Source of the DNA: Candidatus Latescibacterota bacterium
Lineage (GTDB): Bacteria > Latescibacterota > UBA2968 > GCA-2709665
Reading direction: 5' to 3'
Length of the DNA stretch: 64,000 nt
Assembly (NCBI GenBank): GCA_965219455.1
Contig: OZ244744.1
Span: 1,696,001 to 1,760,000, forward strand
Of the stretch, positions 61,311 to 64,000 are shown in pieces (within the stretch, counting starts at the first letter, position 1; each line of letters begins with the position of its first letter). The translations under genes and the position numbers were made by a program. Below the pieces are notes generated by a model, which was not told where the DNA came from, ran no database searches, and saw only the letters and a program-made list of their open reading frames with translations.

Positions 61311-61510
61311 GTGCTGAGCCTGTCGAAACGACTTTGTCGAAGCGTGGTCATTGAGCTTGTCGAAATGCCCGCGTTTCGATTCCCTTCGACCGTCTCTGGG
61401 CACTGGCTCACATTGCATTGTTTAGCGCCATTCCACAGCCCTTCGCCGACCCTTCGACCCTTCGACAGGCTCAGGGACCGCAAGCTCAGGGAGCGACTCA
61501 GGGCAGGGCT
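61311..61510. repeat. Cluster of CCCTTCGACAGGCTCAGGG-type REP-like repeats
   Basis: CTGAGCCTGTCGAA (61314), TTGAGCTTGTCGAA (61351), inverted CCCTTCGACAGGCTCAGGG (61458), partial CTCAGGG copies; degenerate copies at 61720-61820. Confidence 0.7.
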
Positions 61511-61952
61511 GTCAGAATTCCGTTCACCGCTTGCTTCTTTCGTTGTTTACTGCCTGTGTTCAACCAGTCGATCTTCGCGCGTGTCGGGCACCCCTTCTTC
61601 GCGATCTTCGGGATAGCGTCATACATCCGGATTCAATTAAGCGAAATCCGATTCAATACAAAAACGAATCGTTGATATAGATTATATTCCAAAAAGGAAT
61701 AGATTGTAACTGCCTGGATGGGCTTGCCGAAACACGCGGTCTCGATGCGTCGTTTACGGTGAGCTTCTCGAAACGGCCTATCTAAGTGCCAGCGTTTCGC
61801 CACCCTTCGGCGGGCTTGTGGGCCACAGGTTCATAGTGGACCGTCCAGGCTTTCCATAAGGGAATTATAACCCATAGTAACATTTAGGACGATGGTTTTG
61901 TCCGGGGGGTGAGGTCGGAATGCAGGTATATTGGTGACAGAGGTTATTAAGG

Positions 61953-62309
61953 ATGATTAGAATCGTGGGAGGTAGAGAAAGGGCGCGGAGGCTGGAGACT
62001 CGCGGACGTCTCGGGACTGGTGTTCCCTTCGGCGCGGAGCCGCACGGGTTCCGGTCGAGCTACCGGGATTGGGCGGCGGAGCGCTCGGACGCGCCGCGGG
62101 AGGTGTGCGAGCTGGCGCTGGCGCACGTGAACACGAACAGCATCGAGGCTGCCTACCGGCACACCGACATGTTCGAGCGGCGGCGTGCATATGACACGCT
62201 TGGCCCAAGACTACAGGACGCTCGCCGCGACATTGCGCGGGCGCTGGGTGTGATGCACCCGCGTGGGCGTCCGCGCGGACCCGAGAGGAACTATGGTCCG
62301 AGCCGCTGA
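61953..62309 (+). pseudogene. Tyrosine integrase C-terminal remnant
   Basis: PHGFRSSYRDWAAE...ELALAH...EAAYRH.D.FERRR carries H-x-x-R, H and Y catalytic residues; N-terminal domains absent. Confidence 0.82.
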
Positions 62310-62504
62310 AATTTCTCGGCGGCGCATAGCGTTTGGAACCTACTTGGGATTGCAGCATTCCGAAGGGAGCCGCGGCACGTAGCCCACCGCCAAGTGCACA
62401 CCGAACCGCACACAGACCTGCGACGGGGCGAAAGCATCATCTGGCACTCACGGAACGTGCTCTAACCCGGTAGTCACTTACGCTCCGGCATGATCCGAAT
62501 GTGT

Positions 62505-63599
62505 TCATTTGTTGGATTTTCTGCGATTGCACGGCTTGCACAGCATTTGACAGTTCTGTTCGTTTGTCTTGCCGCCCTCCGACCAAGGGGTGATGTGGTC
62601 GGCCTCCATTTCCGAAATCTCAAACGCCTCCGCGCATGACTTGCAGATGCCGTTTTGCATTTCGAACGCCTTCTGCTTCATGGCATTGGAGAAGGCGCGG
62701 ATATTGAGATGCCTCTCCTCGCCGGTGAGGAGATACGGGTAGATGCCCGCCTTCTTTGTTACATCGTCGTCCAGCATCAGTCGGGCAACTTTGGCCTCAA
62801 GCGCTTCAGGATCCAGGCTCTCGTCCTTGAGTCGTCCGTAAAGCCCGCCCCAATCCACTCCTTTCATTGGCGTGCGGTAGTTCGGGAAAACCGCTTCCAC
62901 CCGGTTGATTACCGACTGGAAGTGACTCCACAAGGCGATTGCGGTCATGTCGTGCTGATGCTCGGCCATGTAGTCCTCAACCGTCTGGCCCTCGTCCTTG
63001 ATCCATTGGATTGCGGTTTCGAGGTACTCCTGGCGTTCCGCCCTCCCATTCACAAACCGGCTGCCGATCGCATAAGCAGGGCAAGCGGCCCCCTTTCGGC
63101 TGAAATACCGCTTTGCGTTGGACACCCAAGGGCCAGCATAGACCGCATTCCGCAGTTCCTGAGCGGTCAGCTTTTCACCTGCGATGTTGATGATCCTGAA
63201 CCAAGCTAGCTTTTCGCTGGCGCTCCCCTCGCAGACATAAACCTGCAATGGGTAATTGAGAATCTGCTCCTGCTCGTCGTCTTGCAGGTTGTGGAAATAC
63301 CTCCCGCCAAGGGAGTAGGCGCTTTTCACGTACTGTGCGGCTGAGATCGTGCGCTGCTGGCCGTCGATAACCTCATACGTTCCGTCTTGGCGCACGGCCC
63401 AATACATCACATTTAGCGGAAAGCCCTTGTTGATCGTCTCGATCACAGCATCGCGCTGCTTGTCCTTATAGACGAACTCGCGCTGAAACGGCGGACGGAT
63501 ATCAAGCTTGCCGCCATAGCCGCGCACCCCACCTTCGCCGTCGTCATGGTAGTCCTCCACAAGGTCGCGGACTGCGATTTTCTTGAGTTCGATTTCCAT
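62505..63599 (-). CDS. DUF262 (GmrS-like) plus HNH endonuclease
   Basis: PPFQREFVY, DGQQR, FRIINIAG; CKSC..EADHITPWSEGGKT..NCQMLCKPCN. Confidence 0.9.
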   Translation of the reverse strand: MEIELKKIAVRDLVEDYHDDGEGGVRGYGGKLDIRPPFQREFVYKDKQRDAVIETINKGFPLNVMYWAVRQDGTYEVIDGQQRTISAAQYVKSAYSLGGRYFHNLQDDEQEQILNYPLQVYVCEGSASEKLAWFRIINIAGEKLTAQELRNAVYAGPWVSNAKRYFSRKGAACPAYAIGSRFVNGRAERQEYLETAIQWIKDEGQTVEDYMAEHQHDMTAIALWSHFQSVINRVEAVFPNYRTPMKGVDWGGLYGRLKDESLDPEALEAKVARLMLDDDVTKKAGIYPYLLTGEERHLNIRAFSNAMKQKAFEMQNGICKSCAEAFEISEMEADHITPWSEGGKTNEQNCQMLCKPCNRRKSNK

Positions 63600-63608
63600 G
63601 AGCGCACC

Positions 63609-64000
63609 TTAGTCTGGATTGGACCGCCTTTTCCTCTTGATGAAAATCCTTCTGTATAAGGTATACACCACTTCCTCGCCCCTAATAAGATAGTTTCCCT
63701 TGGGCGATCTACCCCTCAAGACGGGATAGCCGCTGGCCTTTTGGCCGGACATGCCAGTTTTCGTCCCATCCGGCCTCATCTCGGCGAAATCGCCGTAATA
63801 CGTGTGACTCTTGAAGCCGTCATCCCACAAAGAGGAAAAGCCCAGTATCTCAAACTGCTCCGGGTTGTGCTTGTCCAGAAACGTGACCGGCACCCCCATC
63901 GCCCCATCCCAATCCATCGGTATTTCGGCAATCTTGTCCACGTTGATCGCATCGTAGTTGTCGTAGGCCGGGTATTCCTCCGGAGAGTAGCGCTTGTAGA
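63609..64000 (-). CDS. Adenine-specific DNA methyltransferase, EcoRI family, C-terminal part (partial)
   Basis: YPAYDNYDAINVDKIAEIPMDWDGAMGVPVTFLDKHNPEQFEILG...YRRIFIKR. Confidence 0.85.
   Translation of the reverse strand, partial: YKRYSPEEYPAYDNYDAINVDKIAEIPMDWDGAMGVPVTFLDKHNPEQFEILGFSSLWDDGFKSHTYYGDFAEMRPDGTKTGMSGQKASGYPVLRGRSPKGNYLIRGEEVVYTLYRRIFIKRKRRSNPD

Noticed and set aside
61311-61820. Possible CRISPR array
   Set aside because: Repeats are short, degenerate, in both orientations and irregularly spaced; no cas genes; better explained as REP-like repeats

Overview
GC-rich bacterial chromosomal window of mixed housekeeping and catabolic genes. Housekeeping genes include dcd, pyrB, glyA, ilvC, icd, sppA, cutA and a csp; catabolic genes include peptidases, hydrolases, two heparinase II/III-like proteins, an enolase-superfamily dehydratase, an SDR and an aminotransferase. 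I found no rRNA, tRNA or CRISPR array. Mobile DNA is abundant: two apparently identical IS1380-family copies in inverted orientation (one complete, 25097-26978, with a 6-bp ACTAGC duplication); two ~160-bp MITEs with unrelated terminal repeats but a shared, identically positioned internal core; several REP-like palindrome families; a RAYT-like remnant; and an integrase remnant beside an EcoRI-family methylase plus DUF262-HNH nuclease at the right edge. Several gene stubs are present (HigA-like antitoxin, SMR and IolD are absent from the ORF track; RidA and acyl-CoA ligase remnants lie within listed ORFs). The most notable signals are a plant-type aspartate transcarbamoylase under an E. coli pyrL-like leader-peptide attenuator, a plant-type long ketol-acid reductoisomerase, the modular MITE family with an IS1380 inserted exactly at a MITE's CTAG end, an uncharacterised wHTH plus small membrane protein pair, and a catabolic operon containing an iolD stub. 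Family assignments come from motif recognition by eye, not database searches.
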